Source of the DNA: an uncultured virus (IMG/VR IMGVR_UViG_3300050821_013558)
Taxonomy: Duplodnaviria; Heunggongvirae; Uroviricota; Caudoviricetes
IMG/VR virus record: IMGVR_UViG_3300050821_013558
Length of the DNA: 64,000 nt
Direction: 5' to 3' (one strand)
The translations under genes were made by a program, and so were the position numbers. The notes beneath the pieces are model-generated. The model saw nothing but the letters and a program-made list of their open reading frames with translations. It had not been told where the DNA came from and made no database searches. Shown piece by piece: positions 16,886 to 25,924 of the stretch (position 1 is the first letter of the stretch; every line of letters starts with the position of its first letter).

Positions 16886-18253
16886 TCATAATATCTTCGC
16901 TAATTCCCGCATTTTTTTCGTCAAGACGTCCTGAACGTGTTCGTCGACACTCCCGTACAAACTGAAGATTCGAGCGCGGACAGGATTCCGCTGACCAATG
17001 CGACAAAGACGCATGACAGCTTGGAGATTTTGCGAGGGTACCCAACTCTGTTCACAGAAAAGACACTCATCACAGACGTTTTGAAGGCCGTCCACGCCTG
17101 TGCCAGCGGCGTCGATGTTGCCCAGGAACAAGCGGCATTTATCCTCTCGCTGAAATCGATCGATATGAGCCTGCCGAAGATGGCTGGGTGTGTCGCCCGT
17201 AAGTGTAACAGGATGGAACGCCGCGAGTTTATCGTTGAGCCAACGGATACCAATTTTGTGAATTCCAAAAACCGTGAGTTTCTGAATCCCGCCGTTAGTG
17301 AGGTCCTCTTCGATCTGCTCCGCGATTGCAGGAAGTTTTGCCATCAAAGTGTATCTTCTTAAAGTTGCCAGGCTTGACGCCATGCTTTCAAGAGTCTGTA
17401 ACTGCGCGTCAGGATCGCCGGAAGAAAGCGCGTTTTGAAGTTCTTCATCAGCCTGTGTAATCTGCGGGATCATCGCAAGGAATTCCGGTGCCATCGCTGC
17501 GTCGGATCGCGGAACTGTAATGGTCTCGAACATCGGCTCGCTGAGATCAGGCTGGACCTCGGCTTTGGATCTTCGAATCATGAAAGGCTTGAGAAGCGCC
17601 AGCAGCTCAGGGACGTTACGGTGCTTAGTAAAACGAAAGCCATGCTCACTGTCGAAACCTTCACAGAACCTGGCCAGATAATCCCAATAAGGCGTGTCGA
17701 TGATACCGGCAGATTTGAGGTGCGTGAACAACTCGCCAGCGTGATTCGGAGCGGGTGTTCCAGAGAGTCTTATTACACGATCGGCTTGAGTGATGAGTCC
17801 AGGGAACCTTTTTCCAAAACCATAAATTGCTTTTGTTCGATAGCCTGAAGTTTTCTTTCCGACTTTATAGCGTTCCTTTAAATAATGGCATTCATCTAGG
17901 ACGAGGCATTCCCAACGAACAGACATCAATCGTTCAAGATACTTCACAACCTGATCGTAAAAAAGTATCACAACTCCGGATGTGTTCGGAATCTGATTCG
18001 GCATACAGATTTGCATTGGCCGATCCATTGGACTGAAACGCTCAAACTCACGACCCCATTGAATGCGAACACTCGCCGGGCAGACCACTAGAATGTTAGC
18101 GGCACCGACGAGATCGCAGGCACGAATTGCCGAAGCCGTCTTCCCGACCCCTGGAGGATCGCCACACAAACTGTCCCGTCGCTGAGCCATCCAGCGCGCA
18201 GCCTCGATTTGGTAAGGGTAGGGCTCGATGAGAGGCGCGCGATAAGGAATCAT
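16886..18253 (-). CDS. SNF2-family helicase
   Basis: GDPPGVGKT, VVCPAS, LDECH, LSGTP, RRSK, QAVMRLCRIGQ. Confidence 0.92.
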   Translation of the reverse strand: MIPYRAPLIEPYPYQIEAARWMAQRRDSLCGDPPGVGKTASAIRACDLVGAANILVVCPASVRIQWGREFERFSPMDRPMQICMPNQIPNTSGVVILFYDQVVKYLERLMSVRWECLVLDECHYLKERYKVGKKTSGYRTKAIYGFGKRFPGLITQADRVIRLSGTPAPNHAGELFTHLKSAGIIDTPYWDYLARFCEGFDSEHGFRFTKHRNVPELLALLKPFMIRRSKAEVQPDLSEPMFETITVPRSDAAMAPEFLAMIPQITQADEELQNALSSGDPDAQLQTLESMASSLATLRRYTLMAKLPAIAEQIEEDLTNGGIQKLTVFGIHKIGIRWLNDKLAAFHPVTLTGDTPSHLRQAHIDRFQREDKCRLFLGNIDAAGTGVDGLQNVCDECLFCEQSWVPSQNLQAVMRLCRIGQRNPVRARIFSLYGSVDEHVQDVLTKKMRELAKIL

Positions 18254-18254
18254 A

Positions 18255-18746
18255 TCAAAGCCAGCCATTCTTTGAGGCCCAAAAACGAGCAATTAAACAA
18301 CTTTCGGAACGGTCTGCGTCTTTCACTCTTTTGAAATTCGCCGCACACTCAGGCCATAATTTACTCGCTATTACGCGGGCTCGATTTTTAGTATCGGCTT
18401 GGTTTTCGTTTGGGAGTTTATAGAGCCCATAAACTTTTTTCCAAACGTTCGGGCTGACCAGTTCCATAGAAACTCCCATGGCGCCCAATACCCCATGCAC
18501 CACGCCAGCGGATCTTCCGAAATTGAAGGCTCCGGCCTGCCGTGGCATACTGGACACATTCTCGACTGCAGCAACAATCGAACCCTGCATCTTACACATC
18601 TCGATAATACCCGCCAGTTTCGCAGGGTCGACACGGCCATCGGTCACAGGCATATCGAAAAGGCTGATCTGCCTGTCGGATATCCGCAGCAGACAGAGTG
18701 CGCCGCTGAGCCCTGGGTCGATTCCGAGAACGAAATTAGGTTTCAC
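18255..18746 (-). CDS. RuvC-like Holliday junction resolvase
   Basis: LGIDPGLSGA, VENV.SMP, AFNFG, P.VWKK, DRSESCLIA. Confidence 0.85.
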   Translation of the reverse strand: MKPNFVLGIDPGLSGALCLLRISDRQISLFDMPVTDGRVDPAKLAGIIEMCKMQGSIVAAVENVSSMPRQAGAFNFGRSAGVVHGVLGAMGVSMELVSPNVWKKVYGLYKLPNENQADTKNRARVIASKLWPECAANFKRVKDADRSESCLIARFWASKNGWL

Positions 18747-18964
18747 TTTCCTGCCTTCTTCACCCAACACAACGAGTACCCGAGTCCGGCCGCTACCTTC
18801 ACGCTGATCGCCTGATTCCCTGAGCGCATCGCTCTCAAATGCGCCGACTCGACGCCCAGTTCCCGCGCGGTGCGCTCGCCGTTGCCGTGGCCGGCCATGC
18901 GCCGGTCCAGAGCTGCGAGGACTTCATCGTCGTTGACAGGGCGCATCAGTTTCCCGAGATCCAT
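18743..18964 (-). CDS. Small HTH (Cro-like) protein
   Basis: ERTARELGVESAHLRAMRSGNQAISVKVAAGLGY. Confidence 0.6.
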   Translation of the reverse strand: MDLGKLMRPVNDDEVLAALDRRMAGHGNGERTARELGVESAHLRAMRSGNQAISVKVAAGLGYSLCWVKKAGK

Positions 18965-19191
18965 CGATATTTTGCGTGTGGAGTATTGTGAATCCGGCCG
19001 AGTTCCGCCATCAGATCCGCAGCTTCAGTCAACCGTTCGAGTTGCTGAGGCGCCAAGGCAAGATTTTCGATTTCAGATTTCTGGTCTTTGATCTTGGCCT
19101 CCAGTTCTTTAATCTCGTCCTCGAGACCAGTGGTGTAAGCTATCAGTTCGCTGCGAGTTGTCGAATCGGTGATGCTTAGCTGGTCGATCAT
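18946..19191 (-). CDS. Coiled-coil hypothetical protein
   Basis: GGAG SD; heptad pattern. Confidence 0.55.
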   Translation of the reverse strand: MIDQLSITDSTTRSELIAYTTGLEDEIKELEAKIKDQKSEIENLALAPQQLERLTEAADLMAELGRIHNTPHAKYRWISGN

Positions 19192-19469
19192 GGTGGAATC
19201 TCCGAAATATAGCAGGCGTGAAGCGTGAAGTGTGAAACGTGAGGACCGGGTGAGGATCGATGCCTGAGAGAACTACAATCTACTTTCAGGGTTCGGTACG
19301 ATTGAAGGCGGTTGAATCCCTCCTATCCGGGGCATTAGACCGAGGATACGAGCGGCACTGCGGCGATCGTGACGAGCAATCCATGCGGTAGTGATCCAGA
19401 ATCCAGTAAAGAGCCCTACGAGGCTGCCGGCGAAGAATGAAAGCCGGAGGAGAGTTCCTATAGAAGTGC

Positions 19470-19832
19470 TCACAGCGGTTTACCCCCAATCCACTGGTAA
19501 AGGCCCATGAATCCCCAAAGGATAAGACTAGTTCCGGCGATCGAAACCGCAGTCAGAAGGCCTAGAGTCAGCACATCCTTCCATTGCAGACGTGTCTCTG
19601 TCAGCAGCGTAGCGTGAATGTACGGTTTGGGTAGCTCGATTAGCTGCGGTTTGAATGGACCGAGAGGCTGTGACTGCGGCTGAGGCTGAGGCTGTGGCTG
19701 CGCGTCCGAGAGCATGGCCAGGGTCTTGCCATCATCCACAGTCCAGGTGATATCGTGTCGGCAAATAGGCTGAGGCTCACCGATGCGATTACGATCGGCC
19801 CATCGGAAAGTGATCCTGGCGGTTGTGGTCAT
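19470..19832 (-). CDS. Membrane-anchored protein with PQ-repeat linker
   Basis: AQPQPQPQPQSQP and C-terminal hydrophobic helix. Confidence 0.55.
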   Translation of the reverse strand: MTTTARITFRWADRNRIGEPQPICRHDITWTVDDGKTLAMLSDAQPQPQPQPQSQPLGPFKPQLIELPKPYIHATLLTETRLQWKDVLTLGLLTAVSIAGTSLILWGFMGLYQWIGGKPL

Positions 19833-20098
19833 CGGCTCAGTACCTTTCGATCCGTCTTAACAGGCTGTCGATTTCGGTTTTCCAGGCGTGCGCAGCCGAC
19901 AAAACAACTACGCCGACGATGACGGGTACAACGATTGCGAGCAGCACCAGCATCAGGCAAATCCTTTCCTCGAACAAGATCACCGCTGTTTTGTCTTTCC
20001 CTTGAAACTGATCCACGCCATGCCGAGGCCGAAGAGCACGAACAGCGCCTGCACTGCGGTCCAGATGTCAAGCTTCATTGGTTTGCCTCTTTCAAATA

Positions 20099-20127
20099 AC
20101 CTTACAACGGAATTTGGCTATTGTCAA
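20099..20127 (-). promoter_or_regulatory. Sigma70-like promoter
   Basis: TTGACA-17 bp-TAAGGT. Confidence 0.7.
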
Positions 20128-20145
20128 TAGAAAATTTCGGTTCAG

Positions 20146-20496
20146 TCAAGAAAAGATATTGGGGTTTGAATTGCTGAGTGTGTCGTTGGCGGGAGGGTAA
20201 ATCTTGCCGGCGCCGGTGTAGGAATCCTGTTTCTTCGGGGCCGCGGGTTTGATTGGTAGTCTGCGTGTGACCGTGACCTTGAGCCAGGGGCCTTCCTGAT
20301 CGACTCGAACGACGAAGCCGGCTTTCTTGGCGCCGGCCTGAATCTGCTTGGGAGTGAACCTGGCCTTTGGCGTGCGAAAGATACTCCCGATAGACATGGT
20401 TTTGTAGTTGTCCCTGAGAAAAGCGGTGTCGTCTTTAGCACCTTTGATAGGATCCGTCTCGCCGTCGAAGTGCCAGTACCGATTCTGTTTCAACAC
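20146..20496 (-). CDS. Hypothetical protein, probable paralog of 20508..21014
   Basis: AGGAGG SD; shares IKPAAP and terminal IFS with neighbour. Confidence 0.6.
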   Translation of the reverse strand: MLKQNRYWHFDGETDPIKGAKDDTAFLRDNYKTMSIGSIFRTPKARFTPKQIQAGAKKAGFVVRVDQEGPWLKVTVTRRLPIKPAAPKKQDSYTGAGKIYPPANDTLSNSNPNIFS

Positions 20497-20507
20497 AACG
20501 CGCCTCC

Positions 20508-21014
20508 TTAACTGAAGATGGTTTTCTCAGGAACCTTGTCGAGGTCGTCGTGCTCGTCGAAAAGGGTCTTTTTGAGTCGAGAGTAAGGACCTTCTGGAAG
20601 AGGTCCCTGAACCCAAATTTCCGGACTGTAGGCATCTCTCCGGATGTAGTAACCTTCCGGCAATCCGTCGCTGGCCGCCGTCTTTGCGATTTTGGGCCAC
20701 TCGGGTGGAGGTCCGCCGCGTGGAGCTGGAGGCTTGGCGACCACAGGCGCGGCAGGTTTGATGACGATGGGAATGTCGAAGATGCTCTCGCTACTATGAG
20801 CGGCTCCGGTTCCGGGATCGATGCGCCAAACTGTGAGGGTCCCGTCGTGGTTGCTGCGGGTCCTTACCTTGGCGCCGATCGAGCGCGCGCTTGTGTGGGC
20901 GGCTACGCGTCGGTCGATGGGTATGACAATGCTGTCCCCACACTCCATCTTCCGGATTGTGTCTGTCAGACCTTTTGAAGGAACCGGCACTCCTTTACGT
21001 ATCTCAAATGTCAT
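20508..21014 (-). CDS. Putative small phage DNA-binding protein with Pro-rich tail
   Basis: FEIRKGVPVP...MECGDSI...TVWRI pattern common in phage proteins. Confidence 0.6.
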   Translation of the reverse strand: MTFEIRKGVPVPSKGLTDTIRKMECGDSIVIPIDRRVAAHTSARSIGAKVRTRSNHDGTLTVWRIDPGTGAAHSSESIFDIPIVIKPAAPVVAKPPAPRGGPPPEWPKIAKTAASDGLPEGYYIRRDAYSPEIWVQGPLPEGPYSRLKKTLFDEHDDLDKVPEKTIFS

Positions 21015-21033
21015 TTATGTTGCCTCATGAAAG

Positions 21034-21062
21034 AAATTACAAAACTAATGGGATTTTGTCAA
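21034..21062 (-). promoter_or_regulatory. Sigma70-like promoter
   Basis: TTGACA-17 bp-TAATTT. Confidence 0.7.
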
Positions 21063-21339
21063 TTTTATTTTTTGTGTGTGTGTTTTGGGGAGCTTTCTGC
21101 CGCGCCTTGTGGCTGCGAGAGCTAGATTGTGCTGCTTCCGTTGACTGTGGTCGAGACCATGCCTCTGTCGTCTCCACAGTGAGTCCAGGCTGCGGGAACC
21201 GCCCTCTACGCCTTCGCCCGGCCCTGTGAAATCAACCCTTACAAGCCTGGCGGCCTCGCCACAAGCCCCTGGCGCGTCTGCGAGGAGGCTTCCGCAGCCA
21301 CGTGCCTGAGGCACAATCTCAGGGAACCCTCAACATCAA

Positions 21340-21780
21340 GACATTCCACGTGGAGAAGATCACAGTATGTCGTTGATTACACTAAGCATGCGTCGCATTC
21401 GACAGGGAGCTTATTCTGCGTCAGCTAGGTGGTTCTGTGTCATTCTAAGGGTTAAAAAACGGTGTATATCGTTGATTACACAATCGATACTAGGAACGGA
21501 AGGGGTCGAAATGCCTCCGGTCGAGTTGCCTACAGAAAACGTGTAGTATTGTTTTGTTTATTTGTTTATTAATGTTTTTATTTCAGTACTACATTCTATT
21601 ATATTGATTGATTTTCTACCTAGAATCTATAGAGAGTATAGTAAAACACTGATTCCAAAGGGCAAAAAATTCTATGTGATCGATCTGCTTTCTATGCAGT
21701 AGTTGGAATTGACGACTTGAAATCCCGCCGCTGGCCGTCAATTTTGTCTCTGTCTGTTGATTTTAAAGATACTTAATCGA
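21340..21780. other. Candidate replication origin (non-coding, direct repeats, AT-rich core)
   Basis: GTATRTCGTTGATTACAC at 21365 and 21464; AT-rich 21542-21660 with inverted repeat. Confidence 0.5.
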
Positions 21781-22016
21781 GAGCCACGGCCAGCACAGCC
21801 AGGATCAGTGCGAGGAGAAGCCAGCCGAGGGCTCGGAGGAGATGGGATGTGTGGGTCATGAGGTCTTTTTCTTTTCGGAGAGGACGCACGAGAGAACGAG
21901 TGTCTGGCTGCCGCAGACGGGGCAGGTACGCTGGTTGGTCACTACCGAGCAACTTGGCTCCGCGCAAAGGTTGGCGAGCATCAGGGGAATGATTGCGATC
22001 GTGTCGAAAGGTGGGG

Positions 22017-22271
22017 TCATTGGGCGGCCTTGAGAGCCGTCACAGTCTGCACCAGTTCCCACTTTGCTAGTGCCGCGGCATCCCGATTGGGGAATGTAGG
22101 CTGCTCGTCAAACTCCCGATCGTCGCAGACAATCCGCCACTTTTTGTCTGGGTAGTTCCGTGACACACATCCCACGGCGCCGGATGGATAGCGTATGTTG
22201 GTGACGTACCAACCGCCATGCCTCCAGCGGTCGTAATAGAATTTTCTCGGTGCGGTCTCTGTCTGTTTCAC
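22017..22271 (-). CDS. Hypothetical protein
   Basis: GGAGG SD; GTGA overlap with recombinase stop. Confidence 0.55.
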   Translation of the reverse strand: MKQTETAPRKFYYDRWRHGGWYVTNIRYPSGAVGCVSRNYPDKKWRIVCDDREFDEQPTFPNRDAAALAKWELVQTVTALKAAQ

Positions 22272-22843
22272 GCTGCTACCTCCGCTTTCTGTTGGTTTTT
22301 GAGCCACGAGTACACTGTCTGCCGGCTGACGCCCACGGTGCGCGCCATCTCCGCTACGCCTTTGCCTTCGGCTGCCAGTTTGGTCAGTTGCTCTAGTTTG
22401 CCGTTGCCAGCACGGATCGCTGGCACTCTCCCGTGGTACTTCCCGGCCTTCTTTGCCAGCGCTACGCCTTCCCGTTGCCTCTCGAGGATCATGGAGCGCT
22501 CAAAACTGGCTACGGCGCCCATAATTGAAAGCATGAGGGTTGCCATTGGCGAATCTTCACCTGTAAAGCACAGTGATTCCTTGACGAATTCGACTTTGAC
22601 CTTGCGATTCGTCAAATCCGCGACGATCCGGAGCAGGTCCCCCAGGTTGCGGGCCAGGCGGTCCATGGAGTGAACGACCAAAGTATCGCCTTCCCGAGCC
22701 CATTCAAGGGCTGCCTGCAACTGCGGCCGCGCTGTGTCCTTGCCGCTAGCATGATCTTCAAAGACTTTGTCGACGGGGATGCCGTCGAGCTGGCGTGCGG
22801 TGTTTTGGTCGACGGTTGAAACTCTGCGATACCCAATTCTCAT
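22268..22843 (-). CDS. Small serine recombinase (resolvase/invertase family)
   Basis: IGYRRVSTVDQ, DHASGK..RPQL, GDTLVVHSMDRLAR, ERQREG, C-terminal HTH (VGVSRQTVY). Confidence 0.95.
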   Translation of the reverse strand: MRIGYRRVSTVDQNTARQLDGIPVDKVFEDHASGKDTARPQLQAALEWAREGDTLVVHSMDRLARNLGDLLRIVADLTNRKVKVEFVKESLCFTGEDSPMATLMLSIMGAVASFERSMILERQREGVALAKKAGKYHGRVPAIRAGNGKLEQLTKLAAEGKGVAEMARTVGVSRQTVYSWLKNQQKAEVAA

Positions 22844-22931
22844 AGGTTGCCTCTGTTTGTACCGAGGTTTCGTACTCGGTCCCGATTACCAGTCGGACGT
22901 TTACTTGCTAACGGAGAGAAGCAAGCAAAGA

Positions 22932-23411
22932 TTAGCGATACCAGTAGGTCTCGCTGTCAATCTCTGTGCTCGTGTAATCCATCTGAAGCGCGTCATAATC
23001 GACGGTGATTTTGAGGTAGCACGGCAGATCCTTGGGGAGTTCGCCGATATCCTCAAGTAAATCATCCATTGCGGTCTCAAAGTAGGAATCACGGATGAGC
23101 GTTACAGGATACCAGTCGCCGCGCCACTGCTCATCTCCGCCGTTGCCTTTGAGGTCTTCCAGTAATGCCGTCAATTGCGCGAACTCTTGTCCCTCGTCCT
23201 CGTCCCAGTCTTTAACGGATTGCTCCGTGCGGTCCATTTCATCGGCCAAACCCTGCAAATCGTCGGCTGACTTGCTGGATTCGTATGTTTCCTTGGCGTC
23301 GGCTGCAACATCTACCCAGTTCTGCCGCTCGGATTCAAGTTCTTCGTATCGCGCGATAACGTCTCGTACGTCGATATAGTCTGCGGTTAGGTCCAGATCA
23401 TGTGTTTTCAT
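22932..23411 (-). CDS. Highly acidic protein, ArdA-like antirestriction candidate
   Basis: 44 D/E vs 14 K/R in 159 aa; C-terminal LP.YL...VDYDAL..DY. Confidence 0.55.
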   Translation of the reverse strand: MKTHDLDLTADYIDVRDVIARYEELESERQNWVDVAADAKETYESSKSADDLQGLADEMDRTEQSVKDWDEDEGQEFAQLTALLEDLKGNGGDEQWRGDWYPVTLIRDSYFETAMDDLLEDIGELPKDLPCYLKITVDYDALQMDYTSTEIDSETYWYR

Positions 23412-23465
23412 CGGTGTATCTCCATTTCTTTCTGGCTGGTTAAGCCGAGTTGATCGAATGTGTTA

Positions 23466-23532
23466 ATTTTCTCACAATTCCATTTTATTGTCAATATTCT
23501 ATTTTGACAAAAATCCATTTTTCCACTATCTT
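23466..23532. promoter_or_regulatory. Back-to-back divergent promoters
   Basis: Minus: TTGACA-17-GAAAAT (23466-23494); plus: TTGACA-17-TATCTT (23504-23532). Confidence 0.7.
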
Positions 23533-23538
23533 TCCCAC

Positions 23539-23937
23539 ATGCCTGCATCTGCTCATCCGACTCGCAAACCTGCAAGCGCTAAGGCCCAAGCGCGCATCGG
23601 CGTGCTGCGTGCTGCCCGGAAGAAGGATCCCGTCGAGCTGACCTGGGAGCAACAAAAGGTTGCTGACCAGTGGTACTGGAAGTTCTGCCAGCGCTGGGGC
23701 AATGACTTGCCGGTTTGGCGCGCGAACATTCTCAAGGGAGTAGCTCGGCGCTTGGCGAAGAATCCGCCGGCTGCTAATTTTGCCAAACGAATGTTTGCAC
23801 AGAAGCATGCGCGCGCCTTGGTTCGTAAGTGCCAGGCTGCAGGCGTCGAGCATCCGCGGATTGTTGCTATGCGCCGTGGGCTCGCTTGGAAGAGGGCAGG
23901 GCGGCCGGCATTGCCTAGCCGGCAGTTGGTTGCTTAA
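23539..23937 (+). CDS. Basic hypothetical protein on the opposite strand, probably leaderless
   Basis: ATG 6 nt after the -10 box; no SD. Confidence 0.5.
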   Translation: MPASAHPTRKPASAKAQARIGVLRAARKKDPVELTWEQQKVADQWYWKFCQRWGNDLPVWRANILKGVARRLAKNPPAANFAKRMFAQKHARALVRKCQAAGVEHPRIVAMRRGLAWKRAGRPALPSRQLVA

Positions 23938-24274
23938 TCGGTTTGTATCCCTTGAAAATTGGGTGAAAGTCGTCTGAGAACGGAGCTGCGTCCAAGTCTT
24001 CGCTCCAAGGTTGCTCAGCGATGTCTCCAGCCATATTGCAGTGACCAGAAAACACTAAAGCCTTGTCGTTTCCTGCTAGGATCCCACGTGTGAACGTTTC
24101 GGCGCCATAAAAGGTGCCTTGATAGAGGCGCTTAGCGTCTCTGCCGAATGTTCCATAATTCGCTGTACGGACGGCGAAGACGTTCGCGATCCCGCCTTGA
24201 TAAATCAGGGCGAAGACTTCGTAACCCATTTGTTGCTCGGTCGACAGTGGTACGGGTATCAGTTCGGTTTGCAT
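23915..24274 (-). CDS. Hypothetical early protein
   Basis: AAGGAG SD. Confidence 0.6.
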   Translation of the reverse strand: MQTELIPVPLSTEQQMGYEVFALIYQGGIANVFAVRTANYGTFGRDAKRLYQGTFYGAETFTRGILAGNDKALVFSGHCNMAGDIAEQPWSEDLDAAPFSDDFHPIFKGYKPIKQPTAG

Positions 24275-24309
24275 TTTGAATTCTCCTTTTCTGCTAGTAG
24301 CGAGTCCAT

Positions 24310-24343
24310 CGTGTCAGTTTTGACACGTGTCAAAATTGACACG
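24310..24343. repeat. 34-bp nested palindrome (two CGTGTCA-N4-TGACACG boxes)
   Basis: cgtgtcagttttgacacgtgtcaaaattgacacg. Confidence 0.85.
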
Positions 24344-24450
24344 TTCCTGTGACGCGTTCCTCTGTGAACGTCTCATTTTCATTCTCCTTAGTGCTTCGGT
24401 TGAAATCAGGCAACGGTGCGTTACGGGCCATGGCCCGGTTTTTACGGTTT

Positions 24451-24765
24451 TTACGCTTCGTAAGTATTCGCAGGGTCGTTGCGGGGGTCGTTGTCATCTT
24501 CAGTGTAAGCGGATTCGATACGCTTGTTGCAGTGGTCGCAGTACAGTTCTGAGTCTTCCCAGTTCACATCTTGACCAGAAACGTTCCATCCGTCGCGAGC
24601 ATTCTCGACAGTCGATCGAACGATAGACGCGCGTTCTTTTGTCATGCAATCCGCGCACAATGCGGCGCCGTCTGTCGTGACGTAGTACAGCGGATATCCG
24701 CCAGGCCATGCGTAACGGTTAGCTTTTCCCTTGTGATACCAGCGCTTTACTTCAGAGAGTGTCAT
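24451..24765 (-). CDS. Hypothetical early protein with two CxxC pairs
   Basis: YAWPGGYPLYY..DG..LCADC, LYCDHC...IESAY; GGAGG SD. Confidence 0.65.
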   Translation of the reverse strand: MTLSEVKRWYHKGKANRYAWPGGYPLYYVTTDGAALCADCMTKERASIVRSTVENARDGWNVSGQDVNWEDSELYCDHCNKRIESAYTEDDNDPRNDPANTYEA

Positions 24766-24787
24766 CGGTGTTCCCTCCACATCCATA

Positions 24788-24816
24788 ACCTTATCCCACT
24801 TCCATTCTCTTGTCAA
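24788..24816 (-). promoter_or_regulatory. First leftward sigma70-like promoter
   Basis: TTGACA-17 bp-TAAGGT. Confidence 0.7.
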
Positions 24817-24846
24817 TAGATTCTTTGAATTTATTTTGACTCACTC

Positions 24847-24964
24847 CGTCTAACTAGGTCACACCATATCCGAGCGTTCGCTAGCTCGAGCAAACACGTC
24901 CAACTAAAGCGGGATTCCTTCACCTTGACACGGATGGGGGAGTCCCTAAGAATCTAGTTGGACG
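24847..24964. repeat. res-like array of CGTCYAACTA half-sites
   Basis: Direct copies at 24847 and 24897, inverted copy at 24955. Confidence 0.5.
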
Positions 24965-25161
24965 ATCGGACGCGCGCCAGCTCGCACGGCACGGTGTCGA
25001 CCCCGATGACCCCCTATGGAGTCCCCATTCCGGAAAGCCGAGCCCCCTCTCGCCGGCCGGATACGGGCCTCGCGCCTCCGTCTAAGAAGGCATACAAAAA
25101 ATATTCCAAAAGTATGGTTGCAAACTAACTAACCTATGCTACAGTGGCAGCGAGGTAGAAA

Positions 25162-25425
25162 ATGGGAGTTCCAGTAACGATTGAAATTTGTCAAATTTGC
25201 GGGGCGGAATTCCAATTGGAGATGTGCAAGGATCGCCGAGCAGGCGGCTACACTGAAGGCGACGCTTCGATGCAGCTTTCCTATGAAGGGGATTATGTTG
25301 AGGATTGCGACTACGATAAGGTTTGCCCGTCTTGTTTGAGCACCATTTCGAACCGTGTCCGCGTGGTGATTCACGAGATCAAGGAGCAGCACAAGAACAC
25401 GCCGAAGAGGAAGTCAAAGCGATGA
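25162..25425 (+). CDS. Small zinc-finger-like protein
   Basis: CQIC and CPSC; GAGG SD; upstream TTGCAA-16-TACAGT. Confidence 0.55.
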   Translation: MGVPVTIEICQICGAEFQLEMCKDRRAGGYTEGDASMQLSYEGDYVEDCDYDKVCPSCLSTISNRVRVVIHEIKEQHKNTPKRKSKR

Positions 25426-25597
25426 TCCTCAAAATCTTCCACAAACTCGTCTGCTTCTTCAGAGGTCATACAAGAGAATGGGATCCTATGGCTTTTTTCC
25501 GTTCCTGGAACAACCTTCACGAGATCGGTTCTCTTCACTGTAAGCGCTGCGGCGCGATGCTCGGTGAGTACAAAAAGAACTTGGCGGAGCCGGTGCA

Positions 25598-25924
25598 ATG
25601 AGCGACGAACAATTTTTCAATCGTGTTGCCGAAGTGTTGTCCGATGAACTCAGCCAGCCGGAGCATTGGCAGTATCTGTCTTTCGCTGACAGTGAATTTA
25701 GAGGCGCGGTAGTGGTCAGGGCTCACGGGATCACTGACGCTTTACTCAAGGTTAACGCGTTGAAGCAGAATCCCGGTGGTGAAGTTTTATGTGTTGAGAT
25801 TCCAGTGGAGCAGATTCCTGACCCGAAGTTCTGTGACCGGCTTTTGACTAAGGCGGATATCGAGGAGATGTGGGGCGAACCTTGCAAGACCATTCGTGAA
25901 TGGGAAGAGGAAGAATCGACATGA
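25598..25924 (+). CDS. Hypothetical protein
   Basis: GGAG SD, ATGA overlap; YLSFAD..FRGAVVV. Confidence 0.6.
   Translation: MSDEQFFNRVAEVLSDELSQPEHWQYLSFADSEFRGAVVVRAHGITDALLKVNALKQNPGGEVLCVEIPVEQIPDPKFCDRLLTKADIEEMWGEPCKTIREWEEEEST

Noticed and set aside
18655..18675. QISLF clamp-binding-like motif in the RuvC-like protein
   Set aside because: Falls in a predicted core beta strand before the conserved DMP, so probably coincidental
21045..21314. 89-aa ORF beside the candidate origin
   Set aside because: No clear SD, runs through hairpins and a promoter; more likely non-coding
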